A stretch of DNA of 63,699 nt, filler included, from Octopus bimaculoides (taxonomy: Eukaryota), in NCBI RefSeq assembly GCF_001194135.2. It is 5 parts of 5 records of this genome, joined end to end, with 100 filler letters (N's around TTAATTAATTAA, not from the genome) between each part and the next. Parts side by side here need not be neighbours in the genome. Positions count along the whole stretch, not along the records: positions 1 to 16,478 come from NC_068985.1; positions 16,579 to 39,057 come from NC_068989.1; 3 more parts are not named here. One strand, 5' to 3'. Positions 13,230 through 26,428 of this stretch are shown here, in pieces. Each line of letters begins with the position of its first letter. Position 1 is the stretch's first letter. The position numbers and the translations under genes were made by a program. The notes beneath the pieces were generated by a model that ran no database searches, was not told where the DNA came from, and worked only from the letters and a program-made list of their open reading frames with translations.

Positions 13230-15308
13230 TACACACAACAGGTTTCCCACACATATACACTACAGGCTTCCAAGTAGGTTCCGCCTGCCAAAATCACTAA
13301 CAAAGTATAAGTGTTCGACTCCAGGCTATAGTACTATAGTAATGTAAGACCCTTGCCCAAGGTACCTTGCAGTTGGACCGAACTCCGAACCACGTGAGTG
13401 CAAAACGAGCTTCTTAATCACGCAGCTTCATCCCAGGTCAGATGATCAAAGGCATTACCATGGAAAACATCGACATTTTCTTTTCAAAAGCGTTTTAGTC
13501 TTTTATTCGGACTGTATGTCTATGACTACATCATATAATATATCTTTCTTTTCTTAAGACGGTTGGAATGTGGTCTGAGGTACAATTGGCTGCTATTTCC
13601 TGCAGGTTGAGCGACCAAAAAGAAGCTTTTTTTTATTGTGATTGTTGTTCCACTTGCTAGTGCTGTTGTTTTTGCTGTCATTTAACTCCAAGTCAGTCCT
13701 GAATGAGCTGACGTATGATCGGAAACATTCCAGCTATATTTAACCAACCTTTTAATGGTATATCTAAAGCAACATTGTCCAAATGTGACCATTAATTTTG
13801 TGATTGTGAGGTGTTAATACACGTGTTATTTCTAGTTGGTCGAGCGATCCGAAAAAGGCTCTCACGTTGAATCGTCCTTGTTGCTGCTACTGTTGTTGGT
13901 ATTGTTGTTATTGTTTCTGTTGTCATTGATTTTTGTTTTCTTTGCTGCTGCTGCTGCTGCAGTTGTTTTTTTGTCATTGTTGTTGCTTATGCTGCTTTTG
14001 TCTCCTAAACGAATCAATACTACAAACGTAAATAAAAGTTGCAGAACCACCACCACCACCACCACCACCACCTTCATTACCACTACCGCCAATACCACCA
14101 CCGTTATGAAAATGATTACTCATAACTCCACCCTCTTTTAATGAAGTCTCTTGTGCAATCATGGGGAGACTGTGACTCGCTGACCGCATGCGGCACATGG
14201 GACTTCCTGAATGGCACGCCTAACGAAAAACTACCTTGAATATATATTTTTTTTTTAGTAGTGCGGCCCGCCTGATACTGAGTCATGTNNNNNNNNNNNN
14301 NNNNNNNNNNNNNNNNNNNNNNNNNNNNNNNNNNNNNNNNNNNNNNNNNNNNNNNNNNNNNNNNNNNNNNNNNNNNNNNNNNNNNNNNNNNNNNNNNNNN
14401 NNNNNNNNNNNNNNNNNNNNNNNNNNNNNNNNNNNNNNNNNNNNNNNNNNNNNNNNNNNNNNNNNNNNNNNNNNNNNNNNNNNNNNNNNNNNNNNNNNNN
14501 NNNNNNNNNNNNNNNNNNNNNNNNNNNNNNNNNNNNNNNNNNNNNNNNNNNNNNNNNNNNNNNNNNNNNNNNNNNNNNNNNNNNATTACCACCATCAACA
14601 CAACCAACCTCACCCCCAACACCAACAGAATCACAACCACCACCACTACCACCACCAGCACCTCCACCACCACCACCACCACCACCACCTTCATTACCAC
14701 TACCGCCAATACCACCACCGTTATGAAAATGATTACTCATAACTCCACCCTCTTTTAATGAAGTCTCTTGTGCAATCATGGGGAGACTGTGACTCGCTGA
14801 CCGCATGCGGCACATGGGACTTCCTGAATGGCACGCCTAACGAAAAACTACCTTGAATATATATTTTTTTTTTAGTAGTGCGGCCCGCCTGATACTGAGT
14901 CATGTCTGATACGACCTACTTCTCGAAAAAAGATTACCTATGTCTACCCTAGTGTGCCTATTATTCTGTGTATTACGTATGTATGCCATTACGTTTGTGT
15001 GTATGCATGTCATTGTGCTGCCATTGTACGAGTGCGTGTGTCATCGTATTTCTCAAAATGTATGTGTGCACCATTGTGTTTGTGTGATTGTATGTGTGTT
15101 ATATTGTGTTTGTGTATGAGAGACCAGTTTAGCTCTAACCGAGTTTTTGTATGCTATAAATAGCCGTGGACTACTATATTCACTGAGGTCAAGAAAATTG
15201 AGTAACCGATATTCAATGAAGCGGTAATAAAAAATACTGGAACCATCTAGGTTGATCTCTCTCACCTCTCTCTCTCTATCTATCACTGTGTTTTTTCTCT
15301 CTCACCCC

Positions 15309-15350
<42 letters not shown>

Positions 15351-15361
15351 TACACAAACGA

Positions 15362-15648
15362 TTGCCTTTATGGAAACCTGCAGGAAGTTAGCGAGAAGAT
15401 CAGGTAAAGACGGCTGCGACTATCTGGTCACTGCATGCACCACCCTGTACTAGAAGCATCCCCATTAATCTTGTGGAACCCATTTTGTGGGGATGAAAGC
15501 AGAGGAAAGCGCCGTCACACTTACATCGGCAACTTGATCGCAGACACTGGTCTGGAATGTGTCCAGGACCTCGAGACAGTGATGTTGGACCTGGAAGTGT
15601 GGCGAGTGGATTTTGTTGCTGCAGCTCGGGTTGAAACTCAGCCATATA
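15362..15648 (+). mobile_element. Degraded RTE/RTE-X LINE 3' fragment
   Basis: LYGNLQEVSEKIR*RRLRLSGHCMHHPVLEASPLILWNPFCGDESRGKRRHTYIGNLIADTGLE; typical RTE C-terminus, followed by (CA)n. Confidence 0.75.
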
Positions 15649-15654
15649 AAACAC

Positions 15655-15764
<110 letters not shown>

Positions 15765-16411
15765 ACGCGCGCATGCATATGGTTTAAACACATTATCTAG
15801 TTTCGTAGTCTTCGGCTTTATCTATCTATGAGATTTGAACTCACGATCTAAAAACTCATAACTCGTTACCAGCAAGAATTTTATCTGCTCCCTCTCGCCC
15901 GTACAGATTCTGTCATTCACAGCCCTTCAGAATAAAACTAATAACCACAGAGAAAAGCAACTTAGGGTTTTAGCCCTTCATCAAAAGACAAGGCAGTCGA
16001 CTATTGTTTATCAGTATAGATAGGCATTTTATGTCTATCTTCCAAGCTAACATGGGTTGGACGGATCATTATGGACTAAGTCAGTTCTTATTTAGTACTA
16101 CTGTGTTTCAAGATAGGTTAGAGGACCAAATCTCATGTTTTTGGCTTCGTTTTCTATACCTGGATGACTTTATTAATGCCAACCACTTTACAATATATCG
16201 TAGCACCAGCATTAATAAAATTGTTTTTGTACCCTGTAACAACAATTGCCTTCAAGTGATGCAATATAGATATTAGCTGACACTGTATAGATTCTTAGCC
16301 ATAGTGGATTTATAAGGTATGTCTGTGATTAGTTATAAGGACTATTCAGTTGTTGATGAAATCTCTACGTAAAACGCAAGCGATTCTTGTTGATCTACAC
16401 ACACACACACA

Positions 16412-16478
<67 letters not shown>

Positions 16479-16522
16479 NNNNNNNNNNNNNNNNNNNNNN
16501 NNNNNNNNNNNNNNNNNNNNNN

Positions 16523-16534
16523 TTAATTAATTAA
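16523..16534. other. Assembly linker TTAATTAATTAA inside N runs (also 39102, 44492, 62340)
   Basis: The same 12-mer occurs four times, always flanked by Ns on both sides. Confidence 0.9.
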
Positions 16535-16729
16535 NNNNNNNNNNNNNNNNNNNNNNNNNNNNNNNNNNNNNNNNNNNNTATATATATATAGTCATGCATG
16601 CGTGTATTTACATACATATAAACATAAGTCTTTCGTTTTTCCTTCTATAATGACGACGTTTTATTTAGATGCTATTTTTAGTAGACACAATGACCATTTT
16701 AGAGAATCACAACACCCTCACACCCTCAC

Positions 16730-17045
16730 TTAAACCCTCCACTACCTATGGTGCATAGGCCATCGATGCCTTTTCCCCACTGTCCTCGACCCTGGACTGT
16801 CTCCTCTCCCAAGTTTTCCCAGTTTCGATTGTCAACGATGCTTCTGTCACTGTTTTATTTCTAAGGGTGTATGGGTGTTGGCTCTAAGCAAACCAATCTC
16901 TAGGAAGAGGTGGCCCGTATTTGTCTGGCTCCTATCCTTTGACCTGTCATGCATGGGAGGAGGTTTTGTACTTCCCTGGCGTAGCTATCAAGGTCATTGG
17001 GGCAAACAAACCTCAATGGACAAAACCTTGTGGTGCTCCACCCTA
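16730..17045. mobile_element. Probable RTE-derived non-autonomous repeat
   Basis: CCACTACCTATGGTGCATAGGCCATCG and CCTTTGACCTGTC...GTAGCTATCAAGGTCATTG resemble RTE end sequences (recognised from memory). Confidence 0.35.
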
Positions 17046-17091
17046 CTTTGCTAGGTTTTACTAATTTGTACTTTTCTATATATAATTTCAG

Positions 17092-17264
17092 AAATGCAGT
17101 GACCCCTAAACCACGCAAACCTAAAGGGGAAGCTCATGGTGCTAGTCCACGGTCAGAATTATGTGAAGACAGCATTAACCCCGGTATGAATCAGGGATCA
17201 AAATTCAGAGATGTCAAGCCCAAAACTTATCAGGTTATGAAGGACGAAGAGGAAAGTGGAGGAG
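17092..17264 (+). CDS. Internal coding exon (NAVTPKPRKPKGEAHGASPRSELCEDSINPGMNQGSKFRDVKPKTYQVMKDEEESGG), phase 2 to phase 1
   Basis: Branch-like TACTAAT, pyrimidine tract and tttcag| acceptor; perfect GAG|GTAAGT donor; open frame in unique, non-repetitive sequence. Confidence 0.75.
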
Positions 17265-20200
17265 GTAAGTATTCTCAAACGAAATCAATATATAAACAAA
17301 CACACAAGCAAATAAATAAACAAGAAAATCCTCTCATCGGTCTTGAACACTAGATTCACCATAGTTTCAACGCGTTCGTATTTATGTATGTGTGTTTGTG
17401 TGTGTGTGTGTGTGTGCGTGCGCGCGTGCGCGCGTGTGGATGTGTGCGTGCGTGTGGATGTGTGTGTATATATGTATGTATGTATGTATGTATGCATATA
17501 TGTATGCCTATACCTTTAGTGTTGACTGTCGATACCATAGCAGAGATTAATAATAATTTTATTTGGGCTGGAGTCATTTATTCTCTTGCTACCCTGCGTT
17601 TTGCCTGTGGCTACACAGAGACTTCAGAGACTTTCACACCTTCTGTCAGTACTGACCGACTTAGCGGTGTCAGTCACGAAAGCTATTGAGATATAGACGA
17701 GCGGGAATTACAGAGAAACACACACAGAAATAATGCTGAGACAATGACAGCGACAGAAAAAAAAAAAAAACATGCAGAGCGACAGTAAAAAGAGAGGAGC
17801 TTCGAGGAAAGCAGGTGGGGAAAACAAAATCTAAACGAAACAACATACATAAGTATACATAGAATGTCTTTCAGATTGACGACAAAATGAAGACAAGTTG
17901 CGTGAAGTAACGCTTATAGGAAAAGTTGTGTGCTTGAAGAAATCAAATGTTTTAAAAGAAATATATAGATACACACACATATATGTATGTATGNNNNNNN
18001 NNNNNNNNNNNNNNNNNNNNNNNNNNNNNNNNNNNNNNNNNNNNNNNNNNNNNNNNNNNNNNNNNNNNNNNNNNNNNNNNNNNNNNNNNNNNNNNNNNNN
18101 NNNNNNNNNNNNNNNNNNNNNNNNNNNNNNNNNNNNNNNNNNNNNNNNNNNNNNNNNNNNNNNNNNNNNNNNNNNNNNNNNNNNNNNNNNNNNNNNNNNN
18201 NNNNNNNNNNNNNNNNNNNNNNNNNNNNNNNNNNNNNNNNNNNNNNNNNNNNNNNNNNNNNNNNNNNNNNNNNNNNNNNNNNNNNNNNNNNNNNNNNNNN
18301 NNNNNNNNNNNNNNNNNNNNNNNNNNNNNNNNNNNNNNNNNNNNNNNNNNNNNNNNNNNNNNNNNNNNNNNNNNNNNNNNNNNNNNNNNNNNNNNNNNNN
18401 NNNNNNNNNNNNNNNNNNNNNNNNNNNNNNNNNNNNNNNNNNNNNNNNNNNNNNNNNNNNNNNNNNNNNNNNNNNNNNNNNNNNNNNNNNNNNNNNNNNN
18501 NNNNNNNNNNNNNNNNNNNNNNNNNNNNNNNNNNNNNNNNNNNNNNNNNNNNNNNNNNNNNNNNNNNNNNNNNNNNNNNNNNNNNNNNNNNNNNNNNNNN
18601 NNNNNNNNNNNNNNNNNNNNNNNNNNNNNNNNNNNNNNNNNNNNNNNNNNNNNNNNNNNNNNNNNNNNNNNNATCCCTAATTGTGGTTTGGAGATTGACT
18701 GCACCTTGTAGCGGGTTAGATGTCCTATTATGGACATCTCTCTTATGTGTTTAAATGTACACCGTATATATATATAGAAAAGGGGTTTGTATGATAGTGT
18801 ATAGAGGAATATATTATTCAAAGGAATTTCAAATCTGTCTGTTTTTTATGTTTTATTTATATTCTTATAATATTAATGTAGGATATAGAATATATAATAT
18901 ATTCAGTAAAATGAAATGAAGTATTGAATGTCTCATTGAATAAATGAAATATTGAATATTGAATATTAAATATTAAGTATTGAAAATTAAGGGACTAGTA
19001 TGTATATATATTTATGTCTGTGTGTCAGCGCATGCGTGTATAAACATTTATATGCGAACGCGTGTCATGTATATGAACACATACATAAACACTAACATGC
19101 ATACATCGGATATAAACACACTTATCAATACATACACGTATCAATGCACACCAAACACATTTTGATGAGTTACAATTACTTATAGATGATATGTTACCAA
19201 AATATTTCATAATGAATTCTTGGCTTGATTTTCTTTTAAAGGAGCCCCACCTGCTTCCATATTTGGTCGAAAGAAAGAAGATCGCTCAAAATACCTGAAA
19301 GAAGACAAGAAAACTATCCAAAAGGCATTTGGTCAGTCTTAGAGGCGACGTTATTGGGTGAATATTGTGGCAATATTGCAATGGCAAAGCTTCTCTTCAA
19401 ATCTTCTTTTGTACACGGACTCTCATTTAAATATCTGTATACTAATGAATAATTTATTAAGCAATGTCCATTAAAAACAAAACAGAACAAAACGAAACGA
19501 AACAAAGCAACAAAAAAAAGTTAGAGAGGGAAATATACAGAGAAATAAATTAACGAATTTATAGACNNNNNNNNNNNNNNNNNNNNNNNNNNNNNNNNNN
19601 NNNNNNNNNNNNNNNNNNNNNNNNNNNNNNNNNNNNNNNNNNNNNNNNNNNNNNNNNNNNNNNNNNNNNNNNNNNNNNNNNNNNNNNNNNNNNNNNNNNN
19701 NNNNNNNNNNNNNNNNNNNNNNNNNNNNNNNNNNNNNNNNNNNNNNNNNNNNNNTATATATATATATATATATTTATAAATATATGGAGGTATATGTGTA
19801 TGTATGCTTGTATGTATGTATGTCACGCTGAAGATAGGTAACTACATATTGGATTTTGTACGCAAAAGACATAGTTAAATTGTAATTATATACTCAAATA
19901 TAATGAGTTATGAATAAATGTAATTCTCATTGTTTTATAGCTTGGTTAATATTGACAGAAAGTACGAAATCAGCATCAAATTTTACTGTGGTCACTTCAG
20001 TTGATGCAACAAGTCGCATCAAGGGAAATAACTCCATGTGCACCTTTAGTTCTAAGGGAATTAACTCTAAATTATTTAGTATTCATTTTCTTTCTATTCA
20101 ATAAGAATTTACTGATATTTGTTCCATTTCACTTCCCTTATCTTATCTCACTATTTATTTACTGTAATTTATTGTGATCTTAACAATCGCGTAAATATTC

Positions 20201-21171
20201 TGTATATTTAAAACCTGTATTTAATCCTAATATATATAAACACACAATATTTATTTCCAACCAATGAATTATTTAAGGCAATATATGAGCTCTAGGCATC
20301 CAAGAACGTGACTTGGTAACTGTTACTGCGGGTGAAGCGATAAGCGATCAGATGATCGCTTGGTTGTTTGTTGACATTCAGAAGCTATTGATGGTTCGAA
20401 CTTTCCAGTGAAACTAAGAACTGAGCTAAATTTGTTTGTTTGAAAGCTTGTTTATTGATATTTTCATCCTGTTTTAACAATAAAAAAAAAAACTTAAAAG
20501 AACAATTGAGTTTGTTGTATCTTTTTTTTATCTCATTATTTAATTGTTTTATCTCGACATTTACTATAGAGACTGAGAAAAGTTCATTCTTCCCAAAAAC
20601 TTCGGTAAAAGTTGATCTATGAAAGAATATGTAGATAATGTTTAGATATAAAACTTGCAACGAAGAGAAAAGGCTGAATGTTGTTCGTTAAGAAAGTATA
20701 TTACTGTAATCCCTCGACTATCGTGGGTGTTGCGTTCCAAGAGCATGACAGCATCAATTTCATAATGGCCGAGTCCTAAGGAATAATAGATGACTCCGTA
20801 TATATGATGTTTGACCACTGATTCACAATGTATGATTGCATGCAAACTGAAAAGGGAGCTTTTATGTCTTGGCTTCACCTGCTAGGAATAATTACCAAAT
20901 CTCCGATAGATCACACTCTACTGTTTTAAATAGAGACATGATTTTGGATAGTCTGTCCCTTTGTGGGATGGTCATGGATTAATTACATTTGATGTTATAT
21001 CTGCTGGATTGGAACTAAACAGCGTGATTTTATACGGGCTAACAAGAGACGGAGCTTGCATGTGATCACTCGATATGCTAGAAATAGAAGCTAAAGTTAA
21101 GTGAAATAACATCATGTCGACTTGAAAAAAAAAAAAAAAAAGGGAAAAACATAATGTAATCTGGAATGCAT

Positions 21172-21270
21172 TTAGAACTTAGAACGTAACGGCAGACGAA
21201 ATACCGCAAAGCATTTCACTCGGCGTGCTAACATTTCTTATTTCTTTACTCCCCACAAGGGGCCACACAC
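21172..21270 (-). mobile_element. SINE family A fragments
   Basis: CAGACGAAATACCGCAAAGCATTTCACTCGGCGTGCTAAC and a TTCTTTACTCCCCACAAGGGG tail piece. Confidence 0.65.
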
Positions 21271-21369
21271 ATTTTGTCAGCAAAGAAAAAAAAATGAGAC
21301 TGTGAAATTTGAAACATCTTTGATTTTATGTTCGATCAAGAATGATTCGGGACAAAATTGCTGCGGTTG

Positions 21370-21401
<32 letters not shown>

Positions 21402-21997
21402 NNNNNNNNNNNNNNNNNNNNNNNNNNNNNNNNNNNNNNNNNNNNNNNNNNNNNNNNNNNNNNNNNNNNNNNNNNNNNNNNNNNNNNNNNNNNNNNNNNN
21501 NNNNNNNNNNNNNNNNNNNNNNNNNNNNNNNNNNNNNNNNNNNNNNNNNNNNNNNNNNNNNNNNNNNNNNNNNNNNNNNNNNNNNNNNNNNNNNNNNNNN
21601 NNNNNNNNNNNNNNNNNNNNNNNNNNNNNNNNNNNNNNNNNNNNNNNNNNNNNNNNNNNNNNNNNNNNNNNNNNNNNNNNNNNNNNNNNNNNNNNNNNNN
21701 NNNNNNNNNNNNNNNNNNNNNNNNNNNNNNNNNNNNNNNNNNNNNNNNNNNNNNNNNNNNNNNNNNNNNNNNNNTACCTGTAGCGACTAATGCCTAGTGT
21801 TTAGCTATTTCTTGTCATTCTAACAGTAAGTATTTATTCTTTATTTTATAACAGAGTAAAACTCCATCTCTGTTACGAACATATTTCTTCCCTAATCAAG
21901 ATTAAAATTTAATCCAAATCTATAAGCACACACGTATATAAAGACATGATATTTATTTTCAACTAATGAACTATTTAAGGCAATATGTGCGCTCTAG

Positions 21998-22399
21998 AAG
22001 GTGGCGAGCTGGCAGAAACGTTAGCACGTCGGGCGAAATGCTGAGCGGTATTTCGTCTGCCGTTACGTTCTGAGTTCAAATTCCGCCGAGGTCGACTTTG
22101 CCTTTCATCCTTTTGGGGTCGATAAATAAAGTACTAGTTATGCACTGGGGTCGATGTAATCGACTTAGTCGCCTTGTCTGTCCCTGTATGTTTAACCCCT
22201 TAGAAATGTTAGCACGCCGGGCGAAATGCTTAGCGGTATTTCGTCTGTCTTTACGTACTGAGTTCAAATTCAGCCGAGGTCGACTTTGCCTTTCATCCTT
22301 TTAGGGTCGATAAATTAAGTACCAGTTACGTACTGGGGTCGATCTAATCGACTGGCCCCCTCCCCCAAAATTTCGGGCCTTGTGTATAGAGTAGAAAAG
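21998..22399 (+). mobile_element. Dimeric tRNA-derived SINE (family A)
   Basis: A-box/B-box head GGCGAGCTGGCAGAAACG...GAGTTCAAATTCC; two units inside one 16-bp TSD AATATGTGCGCTCTAG (21982-21997, 22400-22415). Confidence 0.9.
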
Positions 22400-22551
22400 A
22401 ATATGTGCGCTCTAGGCATCCAAGAACGCGTTTTGGTAACTGTTACTGCGGCTAAAGCGATCACATGATCGCTTGGTTGTTTGTTGACATTTGGAAGTTA
22501 TTGACTGTTCGAACTTTCCAGAATTAAGGAGTACAAAACCTAATATTCAGT

Positions 22552-22900
22552 TGTAAAGTTTTCCTCATGGTTTCGGATTCTGTCCCACTGCATGGCACCT
22601 TGGCCAAATATCTTCTGCTATAGACTCGGACCGACCAAAGTCCTGGAGTGAATTTCTTAGACAGAAACTGATAGAAGCCCATTGTATATATGTATATGTA
22701 TATATCTATCTGTGTGTGTGTGTGTGTGTGTATTTGTCCTCACCACCTGCTTGACAACCGGTGCTGATGTGTTTACGTCCCCGCAAATCAACGGTTCGAC
22801 AAAACAGACCGATACAATAAGTACCTGGGGTTTATTTGTTCGACAAAATCCCTTCAAGACGGTGCCCCAGCGTGGCCGCAGTCAAATGACTTAAACAAGT
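22552..22900 (+). mobile_element. SINE family B
   Basis: Same domains with an internal (TG)n. Confidence 0.8.
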
Positions 22901-22908
22901 ACAAAATA

Positions 22909-23403
22909 CAGTAATCACTCACCATATCGCGATTCACCTATCGCGCTCTCAGTACATCGCGGATTTTTCTAGCTAATATATGTAAATTTATATCGCGGAG
23001 TCCTCAGTATATTGCAGGTTTCTGCGGCCGATAAGGTATTTATATTTTTTTAGATTTTAATTATTTCTGTAGCAAAATAAGCAATTTCACGCCTAAAAAT
23101 CGATAAATTAATAAATGAAAATACAGTACAGAACTGTACTGTATAACACATCAATTAAAATATATTAAAAGAAAATACATAGTGTACAGTAGGTGAGTAA
23201 ACAAAGAATCGCACGTACTATATGGAAAACGAAACTCAGGAGGCGAGTGTGAGATGTTGTTTTGTATTTATAATAAAATAAATATACACAAATTTTAAAG
23301 ATAATTAAAAAATTATTCTGTACAGTACTGTTATACTTCGCGGATTTTCACCTATCGCGGGAGATTTTGGAACGTAACACCCGCGATAGTCGAAGGATTA
23401 CTG
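22909..23403. mobile_element. Tigger/pogo-like MITE
   Basis: TA TSDs at 22907 and 23404; TIRs CAGTAATCACTC...ATCGCG and CGCGATAGTCGAAGGATTACTG. A solo TIR fragment lies at about 20704-20740. Confidence 0.8.
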
Positions 23404-23937
23404 TATTATACTTTAAAACACAATAATGTAATAAAGTTTTATTTTTTAAATTTTTTTGTTTATTATACAACAGAAAATTAATTAAATGAAACAGCAAAAA
23501 CTATTATGCTGGATTATAAGTCGCTAGAGCGTTGGATAGATTTCCTTGTGGTACTTGTGCTGATTCAGAGTTCAAATAACACTGCGGTCATCTTTGCTAT
23601 TATTTTTTCGAGGTCGATAAATAAAATACCGGTGATGCATTGAGATTGATTCCTCTCTATCTCTCATTCTGTTAGTCCCCTTTGAAAGAAATCGGCTGTA
23701 GGCGGACCTGGAGAGAAAGGGCTTTACCAGGTCTAAACATGTTGAAGATACACTGTATGTTACGGTGGCCTCCCTTCGTGTTCACCAGGAGTTGAGGGCC
23801 TACGGCAAGGCACGCCACATCAGATTAAAGTCGATTAGCTAATCTTGTAGCATTTGTGCAACATTACGTGCACATGGCGTTTTTGATATAATTCAGGCCC
23901 CAAAATTGTGATGCATATTATGCATAATATATACAAT

Positions 23938-24277
23938 CATACATGTTGGCCGTCTACTCGTGACCGAGGAAGACCATTGCTGACCTTTTGGGACATTGTG
24001 TGTTCTAGGACTAACTTATGTTTTGCATTTGCTGCTCCGTTGGTGGCTAATGAGCCCTGCTCTTGACAAGCATACACGATTGCAAACATTGCAAACCAAG
24101 CTTTCTCCATTCACTACGCCAGCAGTGCGCTTTCGAGCAGCACGCTTAAATTCTTCATGCAGAATACGTGCTCTTTCAAAGGTGTCGACCACCTCCTTAA
24201 CCTGCTTCCTCCATCTGTGGCAATGACAGGCATTGCTCTCCCAGTCGGTCACCTGCATATCACAGGCCTTTAATGAG
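23938..24277 (-). mobile_element. RTE-clade LINE 3' end, same family as 6929
   Basis: SLKACDMQVTDWESNACHCHRWRKQVKEVVDTFERARILHEEFKRAARKR...CNVCNRVCLSRAGLISHQR. Confidence 0.8.
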
Positions 24278-25709
24278 TACATACATACATACATACATAC
24301 ATACATACATACATACATGATGTATTTTTATAAAATATGTATATAAATATATATCATGTATATAATAGTGCCACCAAGTACTGTCTGCAACTCATCATTC
24401 TACGGAATAGCCAATTACACAAACAGCCAGTGAAACACTATTAAACATTAGTCAACAACCAGCACAACAACACGACCGTCCATCTCGCCATCCATTTATC
24501 CATGCATCGTGCCAGGTAACCAGCCAACAACCTATCCAGTCAGCCAGCCAGCAAACCAGTCAGTCAGTCAGTCAACTCGGTTCTACTTAAAAAAAAATGC
24601 AAAACAAAATAACAAAAACAAAAACAGACACAAACAACAACAGTAATAATAATAGGTTTCAGAACCTCAGTATTAACAAAGTTTGGTCATCCAAATAGAA
24701 GGGAATTTGCAAGAGAAAAATTTCTTCAGCGAAACTGGTCAAACTTTCGTTAGCATGTCCGACCACTTAAAGTTCCATTTCCATTGATAAAACTATTATT
24801 TCTGGCCGCTTCCATTGCTGAAGAACTCCCTTTCAATTCATACCGCATGCAGTGTCTCTTATGGGTTTGGTCTAAACTCATTTTAAAAGGGTCAAATCGA
24901 TGTGAATGCAACCACTGTGGCATAAAGTAATTTTCCCAGTGAGAAAAGGTAAAAAAAAAAAAAAAGCGGGGTTGGGCAACAACATTAGAATGTAAAAATT
25001 ATTGCTTATTTTACGGTAAGTATTGGAAAAAAAAATCTCTGAGTGATCATGTCAAAAATGCGACAAGACTTTCTTTCCAAAACTAAGACATACAAAATAA
25101 ATGAATGAATGAATAAATAAATAAATAAATAAATGGGTAGTTATGGCTACAAGAATGCATTTGATGATAAGTTTTCTCGATCAGAGGCTAAACAACGACA
25201 ACAACAACGACGACGACGACGAGGAAGATAAGGACGACATTAACAACAACAATAACAACAATAACAGCAGCAGCAGCAACAACAACAACAACACGGTAAT
25301 ATGAAATGAAAGAAGTACAAATGGCCGCCAGAAGTAGTTATAAATAACTGACAAATGTTTCGTTTGAATATTGTTGAAATGAATTTTTTTTCTTCCAGCC
25401 AAATCTGTCACACTACACACTGGGAAATGAAGAGTGAAATAAGTGCTAATGTACTAAAATATTTCCAGAGCAGTAACATCAATCAATGAACAGCTTAAAA
25501 CGGGATTGATCGAGTTGTTTGATGAGAAGAGTCACGTATATTTATTTACCTTTTACTCTTTTACTCTTTTACTTATTTCAATCATTTGACTGTGGCCATG
25601 CTGGAGCACCGCCTTTTAGTCGAGCAAATCGATCCCAGGACTTATTCTTTGTAAGCCTAGTACTTATTCTATCGGTCTTGTTTTGCCGAACCGCTAAGTN
25701 NNNNNNNNN

Positions 25710-25746
<37 letters not shown>

Positions 25747-26392
25747 TCGTATCTCTTTTTCCTCCTTGTGCGCGCGAGCAGCATCTTTGGTTACTATGGA
25801 AACACAGCTTTTCGCCATGTTGATGTGAAAAATACTCGCTTCTGATTGGCTAAAATACCCAAATTCTGAAAATCTTAAAGGCTAATAACTTTTTAATTAC
25901 GGATTTATAGGGAAAATGAATTTCATTTTCATAATTAGTATACAAAACTTTATCCATATACGAAATTTGAAAACAACTGGAGCAAAACTGTAAACAGTGA
26001 CAAAAACCACAAAGATTCCTACATTATTTTATTCAGTAAAATATATGGATTAATCTCTGCCCGTTGAAGACTGACATTGGGCCTTCAATTTCTGCAGTTA
26101 ATACATTAATGTCTGGTTGGTATAGGCGTACCGAAAGGAAGCAAGGGATTTTGAACAAGGCTTAAATCAACCGGTGGCTAGGAAGGTAACTCAAAGCAAA
26201 AAAGAAAAAAAACATTGAAATAGGTTGATGCTCTAGAATTCCAGTTCTTATGAGATGAAGGAACAGATAAACTATGCTGTTTCGGTCTTATTAGACCTCC
26301 TCAGTGAAGCATAATAATTCATGTGTTTGTCAGACTGATAGGGATAAAAGAACACATACACACACCACACCAGCAACACTTACGCATATATA

Positions 26393-26428
<36 letters not shown>

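Noticed and set aside
14046-14905. Near-identical direct duplication of about 240 bp (14046-14288 and about 14665-14907)
   Set aside because: The first copy ends exactly at the gap that separates the two copies, and they differ by about one indel; most likely a contig-overlap or haplotype artefact.
16523-16534. TTAATTAATTAA repeated four times across the window
   Set aside because: It is always embedded in N runs, so it is an assembly spacer rather than biology.
19940-20104. Phase-1 acceptor followed by an open frame (AWLILTESTKSASNFTVVTSVDATSRIKG...)
   Set aside because: There is no credible donor and the frame decays into AT-rich sequence; too weak to call.
21998-22090. tRNA genes at A-box/B-box motifs
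   Set aside because: All are SINE heads with long inserts, no proper cloverleaf, and attached SINE bodies or TSDs.
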